A DNA stretch of 46,550 nt from Spartobacteria bacterium (GTDB taxonomy: Bacteria > Verrucomicrobiota > Verrucomicrobiia > Chthoniobacterales > Terrimicrobiaceae): positions 1 to 46,550 of the forward strand of contig CANMQB010000001.1 in assembly GCA_947499885.1 (NCBI GenBank), written 5' to 3'. Positions within the stretch are counted from its first letter, which is position 1. Every line of letters starts with the position of its first letter. The translations under genes and the position numbers were made by a program. Shown in pieces: positions 32,386-41,531 of this stretch. The notes under the pieces were generated by a model. The model made no database searches and was not told where the DNA came from. It was given only the letters and a program-made list of their open reading frames with translations.

Positions 32386-33461
32386 ATGGTGCTCTGGATT
32401 GGGTTCTGCGCTGCTGCGGTCTTTCTCACTATCGTAACCCCGTGGGTGGTGTTGCCGTCTGGGCCAGTGGCCGCAGCCGGAGTGTTTGGAATACTTTTTG
32501 TCCTCATGCTCGCTCTCTCCTTTCGTGTGGTTCACCACGCAGAGTGCCTTGCTGGTAAACTCGGCGAGCTTTACGGAACTCTCATCCTCACACTCTCCGT
32601 CATCATGATTGAGGTGCGATGATTTGCGCGCTCATGCTCACGGGGAAAGACGACCCTACTCTGGCGAGGGATACCATGTTTTCTGTTCTCATGATCGTTT
32701 TGAATGGGATTCTAGGTGTCACATCTCTTGTCGGCGGGTATCGCCACCGCTAGCAGGAATTCAATCTGGAGGGAGCTCGGAGTTATCTCGCCGTGATCAT
32801 GACGCTTTCTTTTCTCTGCCTCATCTTACCGCGTTTCGTGGATTCTGCTCCTGGTGGAGCCGCTTCGCCGCTGGTTTACGCCTTCCTTGTTATCGCCTCG
32901 GTCGTTCTCTACGGAATATTTTTGTTTCAGCAATCAACACGCCACCGCATTTTTTTTCTGCAACTAGGGGTTGATGAAGAGGAGTCGGGGGCGCATGGGC
33001 ACGACTCACCTCACTCTTCATTTTATCATGCAGCTTTTCTGATCCTCACCCTCTTGCCTATTGTGCTTCTCTCTAAAAAAAGTCGCCCTTTTGCTGGATT
33101 ACGGGTTGGTAATACTCAAGGCGCCTGGCGGGTTGGCTGGTTTCGCCGTTGCTCTATTGGTGTTTTCAGCGGGGGCGCTCGCCGCCTTCAAAGCCCCCTA
33201 TAAAAACACCCTTCAGCGTACCGTTAATATCGTCTTGGGCTCTTCACTCTCGACGATCGGCCTCACCGTTCCAGCCGTGCTTTTGATCAGCAAACTAACT
33301 GGCAAGCCAATCGAGCTTGGCCTTGAGCCAGCCGAGATTGTCCTCCTCGTCGCAACATTTTTTGCTGCAGGGACAATCTTTGGGGTAAGCGGACGAATAT
33401 GTTGGCCGGAGTGATCCATCTCATCCTCTTTGCCGCATACGTCGTTTTGATTTTTGACTGA
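32386..33461 (+). pseudogene. chaA: Disrupted calcium:proton antiporter gene (ChaA / CaCA family)
   Basis: ChaA-like sequence is spread over three reading frames. Frame 1 carries HHAECLAGKLGELYGTLILTLSVIMIEV (32386-32620). It shifts to ICALMLTGKDDPTLARDTMFSVLMIVLNGILG...GGYRHR, and an in-frame TAG follows at 32751-32753. A second shift occurs at an A7 run (33075-33081), into GLVILKAPGGLAGFAVALLVFSAGALAAFKA...NIVLGSSLSTIGLTVPAV. A third shift near 33360-33395 comes before RTNMLAGVIHLILFAAYVVLIFD and the stop at 33459-33461. Confidence 0.8.
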
Positions 33462-33465
33462 GCGA

Positions 33466-34335
33466 CTAGGTGAAACGGATTTCTCCCGTTGGACTGATGA
33501 ATCTTTGTATGGTGGCCAGAATTTCAGGTATGGCGGCATCCATTTCTGCGTCTTTAAATCCAGCTTCCTTTAACGCGACCTCATCTGGTTCGTAGTAGAA
33601 GCCATCCACACCCACTCCATATCCCAGCTGAGTGGCAACATGTTTAGCCGCGTGAATGAGCGTAACGATCTTGCGTTCCTCCTCAGGAGCCTCTGAAGGG
33701 ATCTGATAATAATAACCCACCGAAACGAATGTTGAGGGAAATCCCCAGTTCTCAAGGAGGGCCTTGGTGACCTCAGTGGATTCAAAGCCGAGGATTGCTT
33801 TCTCGGCTTCGCGCCAGGTGGGGAACTCATCGGGCACGCGGTTCGCAATCTCGTCTAACGCCGTAAAGTTTGCATAGGCGAGGGCGAATTTGCCTAAGTC
33901 ATGAATGAGTCCGGCTGTATAGGCTGTTGCAGAATCTGCAATTTGCATTTTTTTTGCAAAGGTTTCGGCGCAGATCGCAACACATAGCGAGTGTCGGCAG
34001 AGGTCACCGGGTTCCCACCCGTAACCTCGCACGGGATGGACAAGCCATCTGCCGGTGAGTGTGGATGCGGCGATACGGTAGAGGACTTTGCTGCCGAGTC
34101 TCAGGATGGCATCCGAAATGTTTTCGCAGCGCTGATTGCTGGCGAAGTATGCGGAATTGGCCGTTCGCAGGACGTCAGTTGCAAGACCTGTATCCAAATT
34201 GATAAGCATCTCCATTTCGCCGAGGTCCGAGGAACTGCCCTCAGCCAGTTTCAAAAGCTTTGGAAGAATGGCAGGGGCGCAGGGAATGGAACGCGTCATC
34301 TCCACTACAGTTTGAAGGTCGGCAGCAGATTTCAT
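33466..34335 (-). CDS. HDOD domain-containing signalling protein
   Basis: LPKLLKL...LINLDTGLATDVLRTANSAYF and CRHSLCVAICAETFAKK...TAGLIHDLGKFALAYA are typical HDOD patterns. The ATG shares 1 nt with the cheD stop. Confidence 0.85.
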   Translation of the reverse strand: MKSAADLQTVVEMTRSIPCAPAILPKLLKLAEGSSSDLGEMEMLINLDTGLATDVLRTANSAYFASNQRCENISDAILRLGSKVLYRIAASTLTGRWLVHPVRGYGWEPGDLCRHSLCVAICAETFAKKMQIADSATAYTAGLIHDLGKFALAYANFTALDEIANRVPDEFPTWREAEKAILGFESTEVTKALLENWGFPSTFVSVGYYYQIPSEAPEEERKIVTLIHAAKHVATQLGYGVGVDGFYYEPDEVALKEAGFKDAEMDAAIPEILATIQRFISPTGEIRFT

Positions 34336-34847
34336 CAGCGAATAAATTCGGGTTTGGAGGGGATTTTTACGATGACGTCACCAGTCAGGTTGTTCAGGCG
34401 AATTGAGCGGTTTACCCGTCCACTGACCTCCCAAGAAACAACGTCCAGTTCCAGTTCTTGGCTTAGCCGGTAGAACATATCGATGTTTTTCGAGCCGATA
34501 CGAAAAAAACTATCAGCGGTCATGAGTTGTGCCCCTCCAAAAACCTTGCAGCGGATATCGTGCTTTTTGGCTCCAGAGCGGATGAGCGCGGAAAGAAGTT
34601 TTGGAATTCCCGTATCAAGGAACATGGCCTCGCGGATTTTTTGGCCTTGAACTTGAGGGGAAGCGGGGAGCATCGCGTGGAGAAGCCCGCCGATCCGTCG
34701 CTTGTCATCATAAAACGTGATGCCAAGGCACGAACCAAGCGAGTGGGTCACGATGTAGGTGGAGGGCTCAGTGCTGATTTTGAAGTCGGCAACGCCTACC
34801 ACAATCGTTTGCATCTGTTCGGCTACAGGATTTAGTGACGAGGCCAT
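34335..34847 (-). CDS. cheD: Chemoreceptor glutamine deamidase CheD
   Basis: VGVADFKIS...VTHSLGSCLGITFYDDKRRIGGLLHAMLP contains the catalytic Cys and His contexts, followed by KVFGGAQL. The ATG at 34847 gives a normal ~170-aa CheD. The ORF-track start at 34985 is a TTG that overlaps the uxaC stop and adds 46 non-conserved residues, so that alternative is less likely. Confidence 0.8.
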   Translation of the reverse strand: MASSLNPVAEQMQTIVVGVADFKISTEPSTYIVTHSLGSCLGITFYDDKRRIGGLLHAMLPASPQVQGQKIREAMFLDTGIPKLLSALIRSGAKKHDIRCKVFGGAQLMTADSFFRIGSKNIDMFYRLSQELELDVVSWEVSGRVNRSIRLNNLTGDVIVKIPSKPEFIR

Positions 34848-34981
34848 TGACGCGTTAAAGTTAAACGATACAGACGATGAGGGAAGCGGAATCTCATTAG
34901 GATTTCCAGCAACCAGATGGCCTCGGTCGCTTTTTTCCAATGCGGAGGCTGGGCAAGCTCCGCCTGTTTCCAAGGGATAAA

Positions 34982-36400
34982 TCAATCCTCATAAAATCCA
35001 AAATATCGACGCGCATTGGAGTAGCTGATGTCTTCCACCATTTTCCCTACGAGTGCGAAGTCAGATGGCAAGCGACCCTTCTCAATGTCAGTGCCTAGGA
35101 TATTGCATAAGATGCGGCGGAAATACTCGTGGCGCGTGTAGGAGAGAAAAGATCGGCTGTCTGTGAGCATGCCAACAAATTGGCTCAGCAATCCAAGCTG
35201 GGAGAGGCTTTCAATCTGGCGCGTCATGCCGTCAAGCTGGTCGAGAAACCACCACCCACTGCCAAACTGAACTTTTCCGGGAGTGATGCCATCTTGAAAA
35301 TTGCCAAGCATGGTGGCGATCACTTCGTTGTCACACGGATTGAGATTGTAGATGATCGTTTTGGGCAAGCTGCCGATGAGATCCAGACGATCCAAGTGCC
35401 TTGATAGAGCTCTTGCGACCGAGAGGTCGCCGATGGAGTCAAATCCACAATCTGCTCCCAGCAGTTTCTTCATCCGAGAGTTGTTATTACGCATGGCGCC
35501 ATAGTGGATCTGCATCGTCCAGCCTTTTGCGAAATCCATTTTTGCAAGCTCATGGAGCATGTAGGATCTGTAGTGCGCAACCTCGTCAGCCTGGAGTGTC
35601 TGCCCGGCTCGTGCCTTTGCGAAGATGGAAGCGGCCTCGCTTTTGCTGCAATCCTCAGCATAAAGCGTATCAATGCCGCGGTCAGAGAGACGACAACCTC
35701 GCGAGGCAAAGAAATCGTGGCGCTTCTGTATTGCCTCCATGAAGTCGGTCAGCGTACTGATGCTTGTATTGGAAGCCTTTTCCAAAGCCGCCAGCCAAAT
35801 CTCGAAGCCGTCGGGTTGGTCAATATGAAGTGCCTTGTCCGGACGCCAAGTCGGGCGCACTTGAATGTTGAAAGCCTCATCGGAGGCAATGGATGTGTGG
35901 TGCTCTAGGGAGTCTACGGGGTCATCCGTCGTGCATACGACTTCGACTTTCGATTTCTTCATGAGCCCTCTGCAGGAGAACTCTGGGTTGGCTAACAAAC
36001 CATTGCAGTGATCATAAATTGCTCGAGCGGAGTTGGAGTTGAGTAGTTCGGTGGTTCCAAAAAAACGGGCGAGCTCGAGGTGAGACCAATGATAAAGGGG
36101 ATTGCGGAGCAGTTTTGGTACAACTCCGGCATACGCTGCAAATTTCTCCCAATCGGAGGCATCGCCCGTGCAGAGGCGCTCATTTATCCCCGCTGTCCGC
36201 ATGGCCCTCCATTTGTAGTGGTCGCCTCCTAGCCACAGCGTGGCCATATTGTTCCAGCGGATATCCTGAGCAATCTCTGCCGGCGGCAAGTGGCAATGAT
36301 AATCGATGATCGGCAGCTGGGCCGCATGCCGATGGTAAAGTTCGCAAGCCGATGGGGAATCGAGCAGAAAATCATCGTGGATAAATGGTCGTTTATTCAT
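34982..36400 (-). CDS. uxaC: Glucuronate isomerase
   Basis: The N-terminus FIHDDFLLDSPSACELYHRHAAQLPIIDYHCHLPP and the internal GDHYKWRAMR, NPLYHWSHLEL and FGSGWWF motifs all match. 472 aa. Confidence 0.96.
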   Translation of the reverse strand: MNKRPFIHDDFLLDSPSACELYHRHAAQLPIIDYHCHLPPAEIAQDIRWNNMATLWLGGDHYKWRAMRTAGINERLCTGDASDWEKFAAYAGVVPKLLRNPLYHWSHLELARFFGTTELLNSNSARAIYDHCNGLLANPEFSCRGLMKKSKVEVVCTTDDPVDSLEHHTSIASDEAFNIQVRPTWRPDKALHIDQPDGFEIWLAALEKASNTSISTLTDFMEAIQKRHDFFASRGCRLSDRGIDTLYAEDCSKSEAASIFAKARAGQTLQADEVAHYRSYMLHELAKMDFAKGWTMQIHYGAMRNNNSRMKKLLGADCGFDSIGDLSVARALSRHLDRLDLIGSLPKTIIYNLNPCDNEVIATMLGNFQDGITPGKVQFGSGWWFLDQLDGMTRQIESLSQLGLLSQFVGMLTDSRSFLSYTRHEYFRRILCNILGTDIEKGRLPSDFALVGKMVEDISYSNARRYFGFYED

Positions 36401-36531
36401 AGGGTGCGGAAGCCATGGGAAGTTTGTTGGGCGTTCGATCTGACAGACTGCAACAGACGTTTTTTAAAAAGAAGCAACTTCTGCGTTGCCTTGCGGATGC
36501 CTATCGCCAATGGCATTCTGGTACTCGTTCA

Positions 36532-37809
36532 ATGTTTGAGATCAAAGAAAAACCCAAGATGGTCGAGCGCTCCTTGATTGTTGGAGCTTATTGCGGCACG
36601 GCGAGCCAGTCCGAGGCATCAAGTTTGTTAGACGAGCTTGCGGAGCTCGTGAACACTTTGGGTATTCCTATTATTGGACGGCAGCTCGTCCATCACCGCG
36701 AACCTCACGCCCGCTATCTGGTTGGCTCGGGCAAGGCCGAAGAAGTGGCCAGTATAGCCAAGGAGGCACAAACGGATGTGATCATTTTTGACAACGAACT
36801 GACGCCATCTCAGCAGAGAAACTGGGAAAAGCTAACCGGCATGCTCGTCATCGACCGTCAGGAAGTGATTCTCGATATTTTTGCCAAGCGAGCACAGACG
36901 CGGGAGGCTCGTTTGCAGGTCGATTTGGCTCGCATGGAATATTCCCTACCGCGTCTAGTTCGCGCCTGGTCGCACCTCGGCAAGCAGGGTGGGGGAATTG
37001 GATCCAAGGGTGAGGGAGAATCTCAGCTTGAGCAGGACAAGCGAAAAATCCGTGGTCAGATCGACCGCCTGAAAAGTGAGTTGGCAGCAGTGAAGAGGCG
37101 TCGAGACACGCAGCGCAAAGATCGGAAGCGCGCACCAGTTCCTAATGCTGCGATCGTGGGTTACACGAATGCTGGCAAATCCTCACTCCTTCGGGCTCTC
37201 ACAGGCGCTCAGGTGCTTGTGGAAGATAAGCTCTTTGCCACTCTCGATACCACCACGCGTAAGATCGAATTGCCCAATAACCAACCCTTGCTGCTTACGG
37301 ATACAGTAGGTTTTGTCCGAAAGCTTCCTCATGGTTTGGTAGAGGCTTTCAATGCGACGCTTGAGGAGGCTGTGATGTCTGAGTTTCTGATCCATGTCCT
37401 TGACGTGAGCCAACCGGAGGTAATGGAGTTTTATGAAACTACGCGTGGCGTCCTTCACGAACTTGGGGCCGACTCTCTCAAAACTCTCATCGTCTTCAAT
37501 AAAGTCGACAATGTTACCGACGATTCTTCCCTCCGAGACATGAGATCGCGTTTTCCAGATGCAGTTTTTATCTCGGTAAAAACGGGCTTTGGCCTGCCGG
37601 AGCTCGTAAGCCGAATTAGCGAATTTGTCGCGGATGACCTCCTCACTCTGGAGTTAAAGATTCCTCAATCTCGTTTCGATCTTATGGCTCGCTTGCATCG
37701 CGAAGGCGACATTCGTTATTCCGAATACATCGGAAATGATGTGTTCGTGCGTGTTCGCCTTTCGCCCAAAGCGGCAGCTGCCTATACAGAGTTCCGGTTG
37801 CGAAGTTAA
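36532..37809 (+). CDS. hflX: GTPase HflX
   Basis: The HflX N-domain is present (LAELVNTLGI...GKAEE...FDNELTPSQQRNWE). The region RLQVDLARMEYSLPRL follows, and then G1 GYTNAGKSSLL, G3 DTVGF and G4 NKVD. The ATG at 36532 gives about 425 aa. Confidence 0.93.
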   Translation: MFEIKEKPKMVERSLIVGAYCGTASQSEASSLLDELAELVNTLGIPIIGRQLVHHREPHARYLVGSGKAEEVASIAKEAQTDVIIFDNELTPSQQRNWEKLTGMLVIDRQEVILDIFAKRAQTREARLQVDLARMEYSLPRLVRAWSHLGKQGGGIGSKGEGESQLEQDKRKIRGQIDRLKSELAAVKRRRDTQRKDRKRAPVPNAAIVGYTNAGKSSLLRALTGAQVLVEDKLFATLDTTTRKIELPNNQPLLLTDTVGFVRKLPHGLVEAFNATLEEAVMSEFLIHVLDVSQPEVMEFYETTRGVLHELGADSLKTLIVFNKVDNVTDDSSLRDMRSRFPDAVFISVKTGFGLPELVSRISEFVADDLLTLELKIPQSRFDLMARLHREGDIRYSEYIGNDVFVRVRLSPKAAAAYTEFRLRS

Positions 37810-37821
37810 GCCGCTTGGCGT

Positions 37822-39030
37822 CTAAAATGAGCGGCCGAGCGGATTCAAATCTGGGTATTTTTGTTTGAATAATTCCAGCGACTCACCAGCGAGAAAAAGC
37901 GATCCTGTGATCAGAACAGGCGCTGCGGTGCCTAAGGCAGTTTTCACCGCAGATTCGAGGTCAGGGAATGTTCGTGAGGTCAGATCCGTGCAAGGAGGCA
38001 GTAATTTGGGATCTAAACCGCGTTCACTTTTCACAGGAACGAACAAAAATTCTCTGCCGATCTTCTGAAGTGCGATGAGCATCTCGGTGTGATTTTTGTC
38101 GCAGAGCGCTCCAAAGATGATCGTGGCCTTCTCATCGTTAAAAAATTCGATCCACGTTGAAACCAGGGCATGAGCGGAGTGTTCGTTATGGGCTCCATCA
38201 ATCACGATCCGGTCGCTCAATTTTTGGAATCGTGCCGGCCATTGAACGCTTGAGAGTCCCTGAGAAATAGCCTCCTGGGGGCAATTTAATCCTGACGCAT
38301 CCAAGGCGGCCACAGCGACGGCTGCATTCCAAAGCTGATGTGCTCCTGGAAGCGCCACTTGGGTGCAGAGTGGTTTGTCCACAACATGAAATTGGCTTCC
38401 GCATGCGTGGGCCTTTTCTATTAGCACTCCCAGAGCGGCGCTTTGCTGCGGCGAGGAAACAACCGGAACTTGGGGCTTAATGATACCAGCCTTTTCCGAA
38501 GCGATTTTTTCGATACGATCCCCGAGCCAAGACATGTGATCCATCGCAATGGGTGTGATGACTGAAACAAGCGGGTTAATCACATTGGTCGAATCCAAGC
38601 GACCGCCCATCCCAGTCTCCAAGACCACAACGTCACAGTGCGATCGTTTGAAAAAATCGATCGCGAGTACCGTGCTTAGCTCAAAAAATGTAGGCTCATG
38701 GTTCCAGTTCCATGTCGCTTCACGCAAGCGGGTCAGGCCATTGGCGGCGTCCTCTTGGGAGATCATCGCTCCGTCCAAGCGCACTCTCTCTCGGAAATCA
38801 ACCAAGTGGGGCGAGGTGTAGAGCCCGGTTCTGTAGCCCGAAGCCCGCAGGCAGGCATCCAACATGGCGCACACAGATCCCTTGCCATTTGTGCCAGCCA
38901 CATGGATGAAACGCAGATGACGCTCGGGATTGCCTACAGCATCAAGAAGGCGTTGCGTGTTTTCGAGGCCTAGCTTGATGCCGGTGAACTGCGTGGAGTT
39001 CAACCAGTCCAGTGCCTGTGCAAAAGTCAC
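37822..39030 (-). CDS. folC: Bifunctional folylpolyglutamate synthase / dihydrofolate synthase
   Basis: The Mur-ligase P-loop is HVAGTNGKGSV, with YTSPHLVDFRERV and IDGAHN also present. The GTG start overlaps the accD stop (GTGA). Confidence 0.92.
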   Translation of the reverse strand: MTFAQALDWLNSTQFTGIKLGLENTQRLLDAVGNPERHLRFIHVAGTNGKGSVCAMLDACLRASGYRTGLYTSPHLVDFRERVRLDGAMISQEDAANGLTRLREATWNWNHEPTFFELSTVLAIDFFKRSHCDVVVLETGMGGRLDSTNVINPLVSVITPIAMDHMSWLGDRIEKIASEKAGIIKPQVPVVSSPQQSAALGVLIEKAHACGSQFHVVDKPLCTQVALPGAHQLWNAAVAVAALDASGLNCPQEAISQGLSSVQWPARFQKLSDRIVIDGAHNEHSAHALVSTWIEFFNDEKATIIFGALCDKNHTEMLIALQKIGREFLFVPVKSERGLDPKLLPPCTDLTSRTFPDLESAVKTALGTAAPVLITGSLFLAGESLELFKQKYPDLNPLGRSF

Positions 39031-39869
39031 TTCGTGTCGAGGTAGTTCAGAATGTCGCCAAGTGTCTGGCGCAACTTTTGCCGGTGTACGATGAGATCAA
39101 TCAGACCATGCGATTCCAAAAACTCCGCCGTTTGGAAATCCGGGGGCAATGTTTGGTGGGTGGTCTCCCGAATGACTCGTGGGCCGGCAAAACCAATCAT
39201 CGCTTTGGGTTCTGCTATGATGACATCGCCTAGTGATGCATAGCTGGCCATGACGCCTGCTGTGGTGGGATTGGTGAGGACCGTGATGTATGGAAGCTTC
39301 GCCTGGGCATGGAGGGCCAGGGCGCCACTTGTCTTGGCCATCTGCATCAGGCTCAGCATGCCTTCATACATTCGAGCCCCGCCTGAGGCACAGACGAGTA
39401 TGACGGGAAGAGAATTCTTGGTTGAGAATTCAATAACACGTGTGATTTTTTCGCCCACGACAGATCCCATGGTAGCGGCGAGAAAGTTAAAATCCATTAC
39501 ACCAAGACCGACTTGGTGGCCGTTGATCTTTCCGCTTCCCGTAGTAACGGCATCAACAAGCCCTGTTTTTTGCTTATAGCTCTGGAGTCTGTCGGCGTAA
39601 GTCGTCATTCCTTTGAATCCGAGTGGATCAACAGACGACATCGAAGAATCGTGTTCTTCAAAAGACTCCGGGTCGACGAGGCTTTCGATGCGCTCACGAG
39701 AGCCGAGATTGAAGTGATGGTCGCATTTTGGGCAGACCTGGAGATTCTCCGAGAGGGCGAAATTGTGAATGACTTCGCCGCAGGTTGGGCATTTGGTCCA
39801 GAGGCCGGACGGCATCTCGCGTGTTTTGTGGCCGAGGGCTCGGAGGATAGGTTTTTTAAAAATCGCCAT
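39027..39869 (-). CDS. accD: Acetyl-CoA carboxylase carboxyltransferase subunit beta
   Basis: The N-terminal zinc ribbon is CPTCGEVIH...CPKCDHH. The carboxyltransferase core is GGARMYEG and GFAGPRVI. Confidence 0.96.
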   Translation of the reverse strand: MAIFKKPILRALGHKTREMPSGLWTKCPTCGEVIHNFALSENLQVCPKCDHHFNLGSRERIESLVDPESFEEHDSSMSSVDPLGFKGMTTYADRLQSYKQKTGLVDAVTTGSGKINGHQVGLGVMDFNFLAATMGSVVGEKITRVIEFSTKNSLPVILVCASGGARMYEGMLSLMQMAKTSGALALHAQAKLPYITVLTNPTTAGVMASYASLGDVIIAEPKAMIGFAGPRVIRETTHQTLPPDFQTAEFLESHGLIDLIVHRQKLRQTLGDILNYLDTK

Positions 39870-39884
39870 GGTTTGGATTGCTTT

Positions 39885-40601
39885 CTAACCCCGCGCCAGT
39901 GTGAGGGCTCGGACGGATTCGGCGCCCATTTCCAAGAGCACTGCGGCACAGGCGTCGAGGGTCGATCCTGTCGTGAGGACATCGTCAATGAGCAGGAGGT
40001 TTTGGTCGGTCACATTAGTATTCTTGCGCGCTGAAAAGGCATTTCGCAAGTTTTGCCTTCGTTCTCTTCGATCGAGTGCGGTTTGGGTGTTGGTGTAGCG
40101 GTTGCGAAGAAGAACATTTCGAAGCGGGATGCCAGAGTTTTGAGAAAGATGCCGCGCGAGGAGTGCGGCTTGATTAAACTCGCGCTCGCGGAGCCTCTTG
40201 GGATGGAGGGGGACAGGGACTATGCCATCGAATGTTTGGCCGCTAAGGCGCGGATCATCAAGGCCAGCCGTGAGAAATTTTCCAAGGCATCTCGTGATCC
40301 AGAATTCTCGGTTGTATTTTACGCGGTGAATGAGATCCCGGATAACTCGGCGGCTGCGTAGAACCGAGACAGCGCACTCGAAGTGGAAGGCTGCTCCCCG
40401 GCAATTCGGGCAATCGAATTCGGAAGCGAGACCGGAAAAAGGCTGAGAGCAGGTTTGGCAGCGTGGTGGTTTGATAAATTCGATCGAAGAATAGCATTCG
40501 CCGCAAAAGTCTTCTCCCACACCAATCCGCGAGGTGCAGCCCGCGCAATGGGATGGAAAAAAGAGTGATATGAGTGGGCTAAAAACGGCGCGGCGTAGCA
40601 T
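39885..40601 (-). CDS. comF: ComF family protein (phosphoribosyltransferase-like, with N-terminal Cys-rich zinc-finger region)
   Basis: The Cys pairs are CAGC...CGEC...CQTC...CPNC. The PRT motif is LLLIDDVLTTGSTLDA. Confidence 0.86.
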   Translation of the reverse strand: MLRRAVFSPLISLFFPSHCAGCTSRIGVGEDFCGECYSSIEFIKPPRCQTCSQPFSGLASEFDCPNCRGAAFHFECAVSVLRSRRVIRDLIHRVKYNREFWITRCLGKFLTAGLDDPRLSGQTFDGIVPVPLHPKRLREREFNQAALLARHLSQNSGIPLRNVLLRNRYTNTQTALDRRERRQNLRNAFSARKNTNVTDQNLLLIDDVLTTGSTLDACAAVLLEMGAESVRALTLARG

Positions 40602-41511
40602 AGTTCAAATAAATCCACACCAGTGCGGAAGTCGCTAGGAGAGTAAAAACTGGCACTAAGCCCGTTGGGACTGCTCCGCTGACCACATTTGGCCCCACCC
40701 AAGGCAAAAATGCATCTGAAGGTTTCGGGCAAAATCGGGCGATGAGCTGCAGGGATTGTTGGCCGACGATCCAGCCGGCATGGAGCCCGATTGGTATAAA
40801 AAGCGAGCGAGTGTGAAGGGTGCCATAGGCAAGGACAAGCCCAGCTAGGAAAAGCGAAAGAATCCCCCAACCAAGAAGTGGCCACGGCGGGGCGCTGGAA
40901 AAAACCAATGGCAGTTGCTGAAACCCGCTGAGCCATCCAACGGGTTCATCGAGGGCTTGGCGGGATGTCCTCATAAAGTGGACCAAGGCAAAACAGGCGG
41001 AGGAGAGAATTGCTGCAGCCCAACGGGGCATTATCCTCAGAGCAAGGCCAAGCAATACCCCGCGAAATAATAATTCTTCAATCGTTCCCACGGCCGCAGC
41101 CGTCCCGCAAATTCGAAAAAAACCTGAAACTTCCCACTGCGACTTGAATGCAAAAATCCCTGTAAGAAGATATACAGAACCGAGGGCGACGAGCGGGGCG
41201 AGGGCCAGAAGAAAACCCCATGCAAGATCGTTTTTCGAAAGGCGATTGGGATGGATGCCAAGATCGGAAAAGCGGTGTATGCCGATCCCTCGAAATGCAG
41301 GCCAGAGCAGAATGACAGCGGAAATCTGCACGCTGCGGCTGAAGTAGCGATGGAATGGAAAGCCATTCACGATGGGAAGTATTCCTGCCTGAGCCAGCGA
41401 ACTGCCAATCCAATAGAGAGGAGGCGATAGCAGGCAGGCGAGCAGAAGTACGCCTCCTAGGTACGCAAACAGGCGGATGAAGGTTTTGAGACCAGCCGGA
41501 TTCGGATTCAC
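40579..41511 (-). CDS. CPBP family intramembrane glutamic endopeptidase (CAAX protease family)
   Basis: A polytopic membrane protein with the EELLFRG motif and a downstream FALVH motif. It has a GTG start, and its 3' end overlaps comF by 23 bp. Confidence 0.82.
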   Translation of the reverse strand: MNPNPAGLKTFIRLFAYLGGVLLLACLLSPPLYWIGSSLAQAGILPIVNGFPFHRYFSRSVQISAVILLWPAFRGIGIHRFSDLGIHPNRLSKNDLAWGFLLALAPLVALGSVYLLTGIFAFKSQWEVSGFFRICGTAAAVGTIEELLFRGVLLGLALRIMPRWAAAILSSACFALVHFMRTSRQALDEPVGWLSGFQQLPLVFSSAPPWPLLGWGILSLFLAGLVLAYGTLHTRSLFIPIGLHAGWIVGQQSLQLIARFCPKPSDAFLPWVGPNVVSGAVPTGLVPVFTLLATSALVWIYLNYATPRRF

Positions 41512-41531
41512 TACTCTACCTATATGCGTTA

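Noticed and set aside
36295-36311. Fur-box-like AATGATAATCGATGATC.
   Set aside because: It lies within the uxaC coding region, where it encodes the conserved LPIIDYHCH motif, and it is not near any promoter. The resemblance is explained by codon constraints.
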